From Candidatus Falkowbacteria bacterium (GTDB lineage Bacteria > Patescibacteriota > Patescibacteriia > UBA11705), in NCBI GenBank assembly GCA_003518055.1, contig DOZJ01000001.1:68253-132252 (forward strand): a DNA stretch of 64,000 bases, read 5' to 3'. How positions within the stretch are numbered: the first letter of the stretch is position 1; the number at the start of each line of letters is the position of its first letter. The notes under the pieces are model-generated. The model was not told the DNA's origin. It was given only the letters and a program-made list of their open reading frames with translations, and made no database searches. Positions 50,085 through 59,640 of this stretch are shown in pieces. Both the position numbers and the translations under genes were made by a program.

Positions 50085-50210
50085 CCCTTCGATCCCGCTG
50101 CTCGCGAGCGGCGGGATCGAGAGCCCTGCCTACCGCCTGCCTGCCGGCAGGCAGGGTAGGCAGGCTCATGGTGACAAACACTTCCCGTGTCATGCTGAGG
50201 CTCTCGAAGC
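50085..50210. repeat. inverted-repeat element carrying three nested palindromic insertions
   Basis: left arm ttcga|gagc|ctca is interrupted, right arm tgaggctctcgaa is intact. Confidence 0.9.
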
Positions 50211-50295
50211 ATAGACACGGAGTTTTGGAGGGCTACCATTTGATGCCGCTGCTAGCGGGCGGCGAAATCGTGAGCTTTAAAAATAACAAATATAT

Positions 50296-51042
50296 ATGAT
50301 CTGGTTATATACAATTATCAGTGTGGGATTGATTAGTGTCCTCTCGTTTGTTGGGGCGTTGGTTTTGGCGGTTAACAAAGAAAAGCTGGGCAATATTTTG
50401 ATTTATTTTGTCAGTTTTTCGGTCGGCGCGTTATTTGGTGATGTTTTTATTCATATCATTCCGGAAATCAGCGCTGAGGGTGGGTTTGATTTGACATTCG
50501 GATTGTATTTTTTACTCGGGGTAATGATATTTTTCGTGATTGAACAGTTTATTCACTGGCATCATTGTCACAAAGTTGAACATCATCACAAAATCAAACC
50601 GTTTGCATATACGAATCTAATCGGAGACGGTCTACACAACTTGCTCGATGGGATGATTGTGGCAGCCAGTTTTATGGTGAGTATTCCGGTCGGTATGGCG
50701 ACAACACTGGCGGTAATATTTCATGAGATCCCGCAGGAGATAGGGGATTTTGGTGTCTTGCTTTATGCGGGTTTCAAGAAAAAAACCGCTTTGCTATTTA
50801 ATTTCGCTTCGGCGTTTTTGGCGGTCATTGGAGCGGTGTTAACGTTAATTTTTTTGCAGTCGGTTGAAGGCTTGGAACTGATTGTTCTAGCGATTGCCGG
50901 TGGAGGCTTTCTCTATATCGCCGGTTCGGATCTGATGCCGGAATTGCAGCGGCATGAGGGCGATTTGATGAAATCATTCAAGCATTTTATTATGATTTTA
51001 CTTGGAATTTTGGTGATGGTGGTTTTGACATTTGTGGGGTAG
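50296..51042 (+). CDS. ZIP family zinc transporter
   Basis: His-rich loop HWHHCH, GDGLHNLLDG, HEIPQEIGDF. Confidence 0.95.
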   Translation: MIWLYTIISVGLISVLSFVGALVLAVNKEKLGNILIYFVSFSVGALFGDVFIHIIPEISAEGGFDLTFGLYFLLGVMIFFVIEQFIHWHHCHKVEHHHKIKPFAYTNLIGDGLHNLLDGMIVAASFMVSIPVGMATTLAVIFHEIPQEIGDFGVLLYAGFKKKTALLFNFASAFLAVIGAVLTLIFLQSVEGLELIVLAIAGGGFLYIAGSDLMPELQRHEGDLMKSFKHFIMILLGILVMVVLTFVG

Positions 51043-51071
51043 TTGACAGATTGACTGAGGCGTGATATAAT
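51043..51071 (+). promoter_or_regulatory. consensus sigma70 promoter
   Basis: TTGACA-17-TATAAT with extended TG. Confidence 0.85.
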
Positions 51072-51101
51072 CGCATGTTACTTCCATCAAGGAGGCAGGG
51101 G

Positions 51102-51599
51102 ATGGCGGAGAAAAAGACAGTATTGATTATTGATGATAAAGTCGTAGCTGAATCATATAGTGATCCTTTAAAAGAATATTCTGAATTCGATGTGCATGTA
51201 GTTCACGATTTGGGTGAGGCGATTCGTTTGATTCAGAGAATTGATTTTGATGTGGATGTGATTGTGGCGGAGCATTTTTTGGATTATGGGGTGGCATCTC
51301 GACTACTTGAGGGTGGGACAGATCCTCATATGTGGAAAGGCGCAGCGAGGTTGTTTGCATTTGTTCGGAAGTATTATCCGAGGAAAACGCAGTTTGTTTT
51401 ACTGGGTAGCGATGCTGATTACTTGAAGGAGACACGTGACAAATTTGATATTCCTGTAAACCGCGTATTTTTGAAGCCATTTTCAACATTTGTTTTTGAA
51501 TACATGGTTTGTCAGCTCTGCGGGGTAACTTGCAGGGTGCCGGAATGGATTATTAAGGAAGAGATGACGGTTGGTCGTTTGGGTGATGTTCGATTTTAA
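51102..51599 (+). CDS. stand-alone atypical receiver-domain protein
   Basis: VLIIDD, DVIVAE (Asp to Glu), FLKPF; aaggagg SD. Confidence 0.6.
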   Translation: MAEKKTVLIIDDKVVAESYSDPLKEYSEFDVHVVHDLGEAIRLIQRIDFDVDVIVAEHFLDYGVASRLLEGGTDPHMWKGAARLFAFVRKYYPRKTQFVLLGSDADYLKETRDKFDIPVNRVFLKPFSTFVFEYMVCQLCGVTCRVPEWIIKEEMTVGRLGDVRF

Positions 51600-51721
51600 G
51601 TAATATCAGCTGAAGACAGCTGATTTTTTTATTAAAGTTATTAACAGTTTAGCGTTGGGGTCTTTAATAATTTATTAAATACTTTATTATATATCTATTA
51701 TTAATTTTAATTTGTAATACT

Positions 51722-52102
51722 ATGACAAAAGTGGAGGTGGAACGAGCCAAGAAGGCTTGGGGGTTGATCGCGGTGATTAATTTGTCCGGATGTGATCATC
51801 GAATGATTCAGAGTCCGACTAAAATTAAATTGTTTGTGAAGCAGCTGTGCAAACGAATTAAAATGGTGCCATACGGCCCAACAATGGTCAAAAAGTTCGG
51901 CACTGGTAGTCTTGAGGGATATTCGGCTCTTCAATTCATTGAAACATCTTCTATCACGCTTCATTTCGATGACAAGGGCGGAGACCGAGCGTTCATCGAT
52001 ATCTTTAGCTGTAAATATTTTGAGGCCACTGACGCTTTGGATTTCAGCCGGGAGTTTTTTCAAGCTAAAAAATCAAAAATGAAAGTGATTGTTAGAGATT
52101 AA
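51722..52102 (+). CDS. speD: pyruvoyl-dependent S-adenosylmethionine decarboxylase-family proenzyme
   Basis: GYSALQFIETSSITLH, IDIFSCK. Confidence 0.8.
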   Translation: MTKVEVERAKKAWGLIAVINLSGCDHRMIQSPTKIKLFVKQLCKRIKMVPYGPTMVKKFGTGSLEGYSALQFIETSSITLHFDDKGGDRAFIDIFSCKYFEATDALDFSREFFQAKKSKMKVIVRD

Positions 52103-52248
52103 TTATCGAAGCAGCTCGATTTCAAGGGCTGTTTTTTATTTAATCAGATTTAGGATTTTTTTCGTTGGAATTTTCCAATTGTGGGATATTTAATTGTTAA
52201 AATTAGGGTAATTTTGCTATACTAAGTTCATCTTAATCGATACAAAAC

Positions 52249-52887
52249 ATGAAAACAAACATCGCTAAAATTATTGGACAGATTGAAAAGTTGAATGAGA
52301 ACTTGAAAGCTGAGTATAACCGGTTAGCCAAAAAATACGGATTTACAGTTCACCAGGGAAAGGTAGTTTTCTTGGCCAAATTTAAAAAAAGAAATAGACA
52401 ATTCAAAGTGCCGGTTTGGCAGGATGTCTTGTCCCAAAGTATCCGTCATCTTTTTTCACTGCCATTTATATACATGATGATCATTCCGGCGGTGATTTTG
52501 GATATTTTTATTTCTGTTTATCATTTTGTTGCTTTTCCGCTCTATGGAATTCCAAAGGTTAAAAGGAAGGATTTTATTGTTTATGACAGGCGGTTTTTGG
52601 ATTATTTAAATGTAATGCAAAAAGTTCACTGTTTGTATTGTAGTTATGTTAATGGGTTGTTTGCATATTCAATGGAAATTGCGGCCCGGACAGAGCGCTA
52701 TTGGTGTCCAATCAAGGCTGCGAGCAAACCGAGGGTTAATCATGGCTGGTACAATGAATTTGCCGATTACGGTAATCCGGAAGAGTGGAGAGAAAAAGTT
52801 AATGATCAAAATGCTTTTGAAAAATTAACAAAATCAGAAAAAAATAGGGTGAAAAATAAGGGAATATGCAAGGATCGACAAATATAG
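52249..52887 (+). CDS. conserved hypothetical membrane protein
   Basis: PFIYMMIIP TM; HCLYCSYVNG, ARTERYWCPIK. Confidence 0.75.
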   Translation: MKTNIAKIIGQIEKLNENLKAEYNRLAKKYGFTVHQGKVVFLAKFKKRNRQFKVPVWQDVLSQSIRHLFSLPFIYMMIIPAVILDIFISVYHFVAFPLYGIPKVKRKDFIVYDRRFLDYLNVMQKVHCLYCSYVNGLFAYSMEIAARTERYWCPIKAASKPRVNHGWYNEFADYGNPEEWREKVNDQNAFEKLTKSEKNRVKNKGICKDRQI

Positions 52888-52905
52888 TTTCATTGGGATA
52901 AATTT

Positions 52906-53859
52906 ATGACTGGTTTTGAAACAATAAAAACACAAGAAAATGAGGCGGTGGAGAAATTGGTTCATGATTCCTTGGCTGGAGAAAAAGAATTATTGGCAGG
53001 AAGGACGGAAAATTATATCGCTTACGGCCTGGGAACCAGAACAAATCTGCTGCGGCGGCGAAGTCCAGACACCGAAACTGATGAGGTCGGCGATAATTTT
53101 TTGATGGTACCGGAATGGGATTTGACCGCGGTGTTTGACGGCGTAAGCCAAGCCAACGGCGCGGCCGGAGCGAAGGTGGCGGCTGATGAGTTAAAAAAAC
53201 GAATTGAAGTAATGAAAGATAAATTTAAACCGCGAGAGACAACTGTGGTCGAAGCCCGAAAGGTTTTGTTGGCGCTGCTTCGAAGTGTAAATGGAGTTTT
53301 GTCTGATTGGAATAAAGATAAACATCAATCTGAGCAGTATTTAACCACAATGACTTTGTCGATGCGGGTGGGAGCGGAGATGATCGTGGTTAATATTGGT
53401 GATAGCCGAGCGTATTATCAAAGAGCCGGTCAACCTCTGGAGGCGGTGACGGTGGATTATGATGCCATGCGTTATGATTTGGAGCAGCGCGGCAAGGTGC
53501 CGACAACGATTGATGAAGTTACGGGACAGGGAGGGCAAAATATCGCTGAAATTCGAGCGGCACAAAGCCGGCGGCCGAAAATGCTGGCCAACCGTGTGTC
53601 CAGATTGTTGGGGCAAAGCAGCCGGCTGGATTTTGCGGCGGATGTTTACGTGCGGAAGGTGAAATCAGGAGATAGGTTTATGCTTTGTTCCGATGGTATT
53701 GTCAAAGAGGTACGCGAGGAAAATTTGGCGGACAGTTTGTCGCCATTCACAAACAGAAATTTTAAGGACAGCGCGGCGGAAATCATGGCTGATGCTACTA
53801 GAACTGAATATGATCACGAACATGATGATAAAGTGTTGGCGGTGGTTGAAATTAAGTAG
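52906..53859 (+). CDS. PP2C-family Ser/Thr phosphatase
   Basis: AVFDGV, TT, NIGDSRAY, LCSDGI, DD. Confidence 0.88.
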   Translation: MTGFETIKTQENEAVEKLVHDSLAGEKELLAGRTENYIAYGLGTRTNLLRRRSPDTETDEVGDNFLMVPEWDLTAVFDGVSQANGAAGAKVAADELKKRIEVMKDKFKPRETTVVEARKVLLALLRSVNGVLSDWNKDKHQSEQYLTTMTLSMRVGAEMIVVNIGDSRAYYQRAGQPLEAVTVDYDAMRYDLEQRGKVPTTIDEVTGQGGQNIAEIRAAQSRRPKMLANRVSRLLGQSSRLDFAADVYVRKVKSGDRFMLCSDGIVKEVREENLADSLSPFTNRNFKDSAAEIMADATRTEYDHEHDDKVLAVVEIK

Positions 53860-54121
53860 AGATTTGGTGTTACGAAATTACTCGCCAGAGGACGAGTCCG
53901 TCCTAAGGCGGACGAAACATTACAAAATTTTACAAAAATTACATAGGTGGATGAGAATTAGAATTTAGTACGTGGTGATTAGCTAGTGGCGAATAGAGAT
54001 TAAGAGATTGGTCCCGCTTATCGTGAGAGACGGGATTGAGAGAATTTATAGAATAGAGATCGGAAATTAAAGTTTTGAGGCTGGTAAATTTAAATTTATA
54101 ACTTTAAACTTTTAATCAAAT

Positions 54122-54940
54122 ATGAAAAAAATTGGTTTGATACTAATTGGGTTAATAATGTTGTTGGCCGTGGTGACGCTCGTAAGAGCGCAAACGCTGA
54201 CTGAGCGCACCAGCGGCAAAATTTTGTTGCAGGTGGAAGAACATGGCGAAGCGTGGTACGTGTATCCGCTTGATGGCTTCCGGTATTATCTCGGTCGGCC
54301 TGATGATGCTTTTACGCTCATGAGAGAACTCGGACTCGGAGTAAATAATGAAAATTTTGATAATTTCAATGGCAAGGCGCCTGAAAGACTGGCTGGGCGA
54401 ATTTTATTGAAGGTCGAGGATTTGGGCAAGGCCTATTATGTCAAGCCTGAAGATTTGAGTTTGCATTATTTGGGACGGCCGCTGGATGCGTTTAATTTGA
54501 TGAGGGAGATGGGGCTTGGTATTACCACGACAAATTTAATGCAAATTACAATCGCGCCATTGTCGCAGACCGAGGGTTTTGTTGATTGCGGGCAGACGGA
54601 GATTAATGGCGAGGAATATAAAGTAGGTTTGACATGTATTAACCAAAAATTTGCGATTTGCCAGCCGGCGACTTATTTGGCCACAGTTGATTTGGGTGAA
54701 TTTGGCGGGTTGGTGAGTTATGAATATAAAATAATCGGTTTAGAGCCCGGCGGCTGTTTGATGCAAACTCAGTATATCCAGAATCCCAATCCAGAGTGGA
54801 TAAAAAAGAAATTGGTGTGTCATTATGATAATACTGCAACATTGAGTGAAGCTCACGGTGAAGTGTTTGATCGATTGTGGGGTGAAAAAATCATTGGAAA
54901 TTGCACGGGGGAATTGGCGGCGATATTAACAGCGGAATAA
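54122..54940 (+). CDS. secreted protein with duplicated G(K/R)ILL.VE..G.A(W/Y)YV.P repeat and Cys-rich C-terminus
   Basis: two repeats ending YLGRP.DAF.LMRE.GLG. Confidence 0.8.
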   Translation: MKKIGLILIGLIMLLAVVTLVRAQTLTERTSGKILLQVEEHGEAWYVYPLDGFRYYLGRPDDAFTLMRELGLGVNNENFDNFNGKAPERLAGRILLKVEDLGKAYYVKPEDLSLHYLGRPLDAFNLMREMGLGITTTNLMQITIAPLSQTEGFVDCGQTEINGEEYKVGLTCINQKFAICQPATYLATVDLGEFGGLVSYEYKIIGLEPGGCLMQTQYIQNPNPEWIKKKLVCHYDNTATLSEAHGEVFDRLWGEKIIGNCTGELAAILTAE

Positions 54941-55101
54941 AATAAATGATTAAATGGAGGGGAAAAAATAAACTAATTGGATTGACACGAATACAAAGAT
55001 AAGATAATATATAGAGGCAAAAACGACCGGTTTTTGCCTTTTTTCTTCTATTTTTGAAGAAAAATAAAGGTCGATCCTTAATCAGGAAAGGAAACAGGGC
55101 T

Positions 55102-55413
55102 ATGATCATCTTGTTTTTTGTCGGATTAGTCGAAATGGTGATTGTAACAAGCTGGACCAAGACCGTCACAGAATCAAAAGTGCTGATGAGCGGAGTGATT
55201 ACGGTGTTAAATATCGCGATTTGGTATTACGTGTTGGAAAAAATCGTGAGTGATATCACCAATATTGCGCTGATTGCCATGTACGCGATCGGCTGCGCGG
55301 TCGGGACAATGATTATGACGTATTGTTTCAGCGTTAAGAAAAATAAAAAATCATCGAAGACGATGACTGAATGGGAACATCAGCATTTGTCGGTTGATGA
55401 TTTAAACATGTGA
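55102..55413 (+). CDS. small 3-TM protein (DUF5698-like)
   Basis: YAIGCAVGT motif. Confidence 0.6.
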   Translation: MIILFFVGLVEMVIVTSWTKTVTESKVLMSGVITVLNIAIWYYVLEKIVSDITNIALIAMYAIGCAVGTMIMTYCFSVKKNKKSSKTMTEWEHQHLSVDDLNM

Positions 55414-55533
55414 AACAGGAAATTGTCAGTCTCGGGGCCGACGACTGGCCTGGAGGCCAATGAAACCGCTCAACGATAAGGATATTGTTGGGCGGTTTTT
55501 ATTTTGAGGCGATTAAAATTCAAACGTACAGTT

Positions 55534-56736
55534 TTAAGCATCATTTTTGACGGATTTTAATTTGTCCGGCGGGAAAACGATTAAGCTCAAGAAGATGATA
55601 ATAAACATTCCCGCCGCCGCGGCGATAAAACTGACGGGAAAAACATTGATAATGAGATATAACACGCCATAGAATAATATCCGAGGTGCCATGGCAAAAA
55701 GATTGCGGTAGGTCGAGGCGGTCAGGATGTCTTTTTTTTCAGCTTTTTCAAAAATGGTACTTTCGAGCGGTAGTGAAATTAAAATCGTAAATAAACCGAT
55801 TAAAAATATAGTGATGAAATAAAAGATAGCGTTGCTGAATAATAGTCGGGTAATCCAAGTGAGAGCGATCAGGGCGGCGCCGGTAACGATCATGGTTTCG
55901 CGGTTTGATTTTTTGACGTGGCCGCTGAAGTAGGTGAAGATCATGGTGGTCAGAGAGACAATTATCGGGATCGCGGCGACGGATTGCACTGATTCAAAAA
56001 TGGTATAGATATAAATCGGCCAGATCATGCCTTCGGCTACGACGTGAAAAGAATTGAAGGCGGTGATTAAATATTCTTTGAGGTCGCGCCAGCTGGAGAA
56101 AAAAGCGCGGAAACTAACAGGCGGGTGTTTGGGGCGATCATCAATGTCTCTAATCTGAAATAACGGCCAGAGAGAAAGAATCAAAATAATGATGCTGCAT
56201 AATATGAGGATGTGTTCCGTAGTAAAAATAATGATAAGCGCGCCAAAGAGCGGGGCCAACACGCCGGCGAATTTTTTGGCAATATAAAGCAGGCTATTGT
56301 CTCTTTGAATATTATTTTTGTGCGGGCTGCATTTGACGAAGAAATAGATATGCGACACCCAATAAAGCGCGTCGTAAAGAGAGACGAAAAAAGCCATAAA
56401 AATTAACAGCGGCCAGTTGCCGGGGGTGAGGGAGTAGAATAAAATAAAGAAAATTATATAGGCGATTGTTCCGAGAGCGGTGGCTTTTTTGGCGCCGAAT
56501 CTGTAAGTGAAGAAATGAGCGAAAAAATTTAATGGCAGATTGAAAATGTTGAATATCAGGTAAAATAAAATCACCTCATTCAGGCTGTACCCGGTTTTGA
56601 GCAAAATGATCGGGATAAAAACGGAAATCAACGATTGGCCAAAGACATGAAGCCAAGCGGATAATTCAAATTGCCAGAAATCAGTGCGAAAAAAACGGTA
56701 GAGCTCATCGTAATGAAATTTTTGATAAAGTCTCAT
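55534..56736 (-). CDS. MFS transporter
   Basis: about 12 TMs, SVFIPI.L, ALYW..H, APLFGA, WPIYI. Confidence 0.85.
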   Translation of the reverse strand: MRLYQKFHYDELYRFFRTDFWQFELSAWLHVFGQSLISVFIPIILLKTGYSLNEVILFYLIFNIFNLPLNFFAHFFTYRFGAKKATALGTIAYIIFFILFYSLTPGNWPLLIFMAFFVSLYDALYWVSHIYFFVKCSPHKNNIQRDNSLLYIAKKFAGVLAPLFGALIIIFTTEHILILCSIIILILSLWPLFQIRDIDDRPKHPPVSFRAFFSSWRDLKEYLITAFNSFHVVAEGMIWPIYIYTIFESVQSVAAIPIIVSLTTMIFTYFSGHVKKSNRETMIVTGAALIALTWITRLLFSNAIFYFITIFLIGLFTILISLPLESTIFEKAEKKDILTASTYRNLFAMAPRILFYGVLYLIINVFPVSFIAAAAGMFIIIFLSLIVFPPDKLKSVKNDA

Positions 56737-56860
56737 GATCGGTTTATTGATATTTACTGACTTATTATAACATAAAGTTTGCAGCGGTGATATTGAAATC
56801 ATGGGCAGGGTGAATTATTGGCCATGATAATAAAAAACAGCGTGATGTTAACGTTGTTTT

Positions 56861-57616
56861 TTAGTCCCAGTAGGCGAAGTCAGTTCTCCAGTCGGGGAAA
56901 TGTTCATCAAGCCATTTGTAGGCTTCGTGATATTGCGGCTGTAGCTGCTCAGCGCGGTTTTTGTATGTTACCTGTTTTGATCTGCTGGTAAAAACTGTTT
57001 TGCCCTTGCCGCCGGAGTCGCGAGCAACAATGCTCATAGTATAAACATCACCATCCTGACGAACGATGAATTCAGTGACATGGAAGAAGGTACACCAGAA
57101 TACCATAGGGAATCCATGTTTGTAATCAATGATTGCCCGTAAACGGTTCTGTGCGTCAATCAATTCTCCATTAAGGTATTTCCAGCCAAAGGGAAGGCCG
57201 ACAGGGATGAAATCGTGGGCGGAATAATCTGAATCAGGTTCAGAGGCGGCAAAGAGAAAACCGAGATTTTCCATTTCTGCTCGATAAGATGTTCGGGCAT
57301 CAACAGGCAGTTCAGCAAGTTCCGGTTCATAGATAATGATATCTTTAACCACTGAAACAGCGGAGTTGATCAGGTGATGAATCTGAGCTGAGAATGGATT
57401 TGTCTCGTCGGGGATCGGCCGTGATTCTTGGTCACGCAGTTTGGCTTGAAGGTTGAGCCAGTTGGTTTTGAGTTCATCAAGAGTCGGCTGATCGCCCTCA
57501 AGCCAGAGTCGTTGGTCGGTCAGCCATCTGGAATTTGATTCACGGAAGAGGATCTGAATAATTGAACGAAGATGTTCAACCAGTGGCTGATTGAATGAAA
57601 TCAGCATCGCGGTCAT
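56861..57616 (-). CDS. hypothetical protein, phage-like C-terminal motif
   Basis: aaggagg SD; D..NR.RA.I.YK and WLDEHFPDW...AYWD. Confidence 0.7.
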   Translation of the reverse strand: MTAMLISFNQPLVEHLRSIIQILFRESNSRWLTDQRLWLEGDQPTLDELKTNWLNLQAKLRDQESRPIPDETNPFSAQIHHLINSAVSVVKDIIIYEPELAELPVDARTSYRAEMENLGFLFAASEPDSDYSAHDFIPVGLPFGWKYLNGELIDAQNRLRAIIDYKHGFPMVFWCTFFHVTEFIVRQDGDVYTMSIVARDSGGKGKTVFTSRSKQVTYKNRAEQLQPQYHEAYKWLDEHFPDWRTDFAYWD

Positions 57617-57766
57617 GACGCCTCCTTGGTTGGGGTTGATGAATAATAATAGCAAACAATTTGTAAAAGTCAATGAATGGTTGGGTTATTTGGTTAAAAA
57701 TAGAGCGGCAATTGACAAGGATAACTTTTTGTGTTAATATTTCAGGTTCAAACCAAGGAGGAACTG

Positions 57767-58654
57767 ATGGTACAAGCCTTGAAAGAGCTTCAAGATTGGC
57801 TGAATGAAGTCACATGGATTATTTCCACTTTTGACGCGGCGAGAGGGTATGGTTTTGATTGGTATGAGAAATTTTGCCGGACGGTCAAAATTCGGCCAAT
57901 TAAAGAACCTCGAGAGCGGTATACAGAGAAAGCGGGATTTCATTATATGTTTTTTGTCATCGAATCAGCACCGGAAACGGTGGACCAGCTGGGCGCGATT
58001 GCCGCTGAGTTGAACTCTTGTCCAGTGGGTGATCGGGTGCGGCAGCTCGTGCGCAATGCGTATGAAATCGTTTATCTGAATAAAGATGCAGCCGAGTTGG
58101 TTGATAAAGAATTTTTGGCCGGTACGATTGACAGCCGAAATCCGATTGAATTGATGAAACGATCACGCTGGCGGCATATTTATCGTTGGTATCATCATGT
58201 TAATCCGGTAGCGTGGCTAATGCGTCTGGCGTTAAGGTTCGTTGATGCTCGGAATTATCCAATTGCTGGAGGCCGGGCAGCGGCTGCGATGTCATTGATT
58301 GGTCATGGCGCACTTTTGTTGATTTTTGGTTCCTGGTGGCTGGATGATTTCTATCTGGCTTTGATCGGGGTGGTGGGTGTGTCTCCCTTTTTATATTTTT
58401 CGGCCAGAAGTAATGTGGTTTTGGGAAGATTGATTTATAATAGCCGCGCTGTAGCGGCCAAGCGACCAACCACCACCGAGGAGAGGCATTTGATGACAAA
58501 TGACCAGTGGGAATGCGCTAATCTCGACGTGGACAAGGCCATGAGTGATGATGAATTTGCGCGTTACCTGAATGAAGGTTGGACGCTGGTGGAAATGTTT
58601 TCCGTCAATCATCAGCGGTTCGTGTACAAGTTTAAGCGCAAGGTGGTGGCTTGA
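57767..58654 (+). CDS. hypothetical membrane protein with DUF4177-like C-terminus
   Basis: aaggagg SD; two TMs; EGWTLV...YKFKR. Confidence 0.65.
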   Translation: MVQALKELQDWLNEVTWIISTFDAARGYGFDWYEKFCRTVKIRPIKEPRERYTEKAGFHYMFFVIESAPETVDQLGAIAAELNSCPVGDRVRQLVRNAYEIVYLNKDAAELVDKEFLAGTIDSRNPIELMKRSRWRHIYRWYHHVNPVAWLMRLALRFVDARNYPIAGGRAAAAMSLIGHGALLLIFGSWWLDDFYLALIGVVGVSPFLYFSARSNVVLGRLIYNSRAVAAKRPTTTEERHLMTNDQWECANLDVDKAMSDDEFARYLNEGWTLVEMFSVNHQRFVYKFKRKVVA

Positions 58655-58870
58655 AGAAGATTTGATTCGGTGAATACTAGATGTGATGGTAGTTGAAATT
58701 AAAGGTTTCAAGCAACAATCGGGAAGGGTGGGTGGCGGTAATCACTACTGATTTTGCTTTTTGTTATCATTTCAAGCAGCTGAAGGAAGAAGAGTGAATA
58801 GAATCAAATGATTCTATTTTTTTGTAAGGAAACACTCCATGTGGCTGGAGTTTTTGGATTAATTTTGTGG

Positions 58871-59110
58871 TTATAGGTTGTAGGTGGTATCACTACGTCT
58901 TTCGATGGTTAATAGCCGTATAGAGGTTTTGTCTTTGATGAAAATAATCCGAATTTTGCCGGAGCGGATGCGATAAATGCTGTTTTCCCCTTTCAATTTG
59001 ACAATATCACAATCAGCCAAATTGTTTGTTTTAATTTTTTGTAGCAGGATTTTTATTTTTTTTCTTTCGTCTGGAGTAAGTTTAGATAAAGCTTTGAGGA
59101 TTTTGTCCAT
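58871..59110 (-). CDS. RelE/ParE-family toxin
   Basis: KLKG...YRIRSGKIRIIF...I.RR...Y. Confidence 0.85.
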   Translation of the reverse strand: MDKILKALSKLTPDERKKIKILLQKIKTNNLADCDIVKLKGENSIYRIRSGKIRIIFIKDKTSIRLLTIERRSDTTYNL

Positions 59111-59112
59111 AG

Positions 59113-59319
59113 TTATAGACGAGTTAAAACTTCTTCAATGTCAATGCCTCCGGGTTGAAGTTTGGTGAAGTCAATAACTTCTTCCCAGTGTTCTTCTAAG
59201 GGGGTGATTTTGAATAGCGGTTCGGACTTGCGATAAACGATGTAGGACTCGCCTCCGTGAACGTTTTTGGCGAATTTGTCGATATTTTCGCGCAGCTCCT
59301 TTAAGCCAATTCGAGTCAT
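59113..59319 (-). CDS. Phd/YefM-family antitoxin
   Basis: IGLKELREN...GESYIV.R.S.P.F.I.P. Confidence 0.85.
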   Translation of the reverse strand: MTRIGLKELRENIDKFAKNVHGGESYIVYRKSEPLFKITPLEEHWEEVIDFTKLQPGGIDIEEVLTRL

Positions 59320-59580
59320 ATAGTTTAAGTTAATTATAAGGTTATCATAAGTTTATCTTATGTTTATTTTTTTGTCAAATGGCTTTAGCGGAGTATAACC
59401 GAATAAGAGTCAAGATGATGATCTTCACGGCATGATGCGGATGATTTTTGAACTGGCATGGAGAGGGGCGGATAAAATTACAGAGTAAAGTTATATATTA
59501 TCAAGAATAAAAAAGAATGTTATCCGGGGATAATATTCTTTTTTTTGATTGTCAGACGAAGCTGGTAAGTAAAGTTTGAA

Positions 59581-59640
59581 GCTCCATCCCGCCCCTCGCG
59601 AGGGGCGAGGATCCGTAGTGTGGGATGTTAGAACTTGTTT
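59581..59640 (+). repeat. 40-bp direct repeat copy 1, interrupted by a hairpin
   Basis: gctccat[cccgcccctcgcgaggggcgaggatccgt]agtgtgggatgttagaacttgttt. Confidence 0.8.

Noticed and set aside
49835-50239. ORFs containing PACRQAG / LPAGRQG (also 42598-43039)
   Set aside because: These are translations of the cctgcc..ggcagg palindrome, not real proteins
59333-59365. dif-like site ggttatcataa-gtttatc-ttatgtttatt
   Set aside because: Spacer is 7 rather than 6 bp, and it overlaps the antitoxin promoter as a cataag/cttatg inverted repeat, so a TA operator fits better
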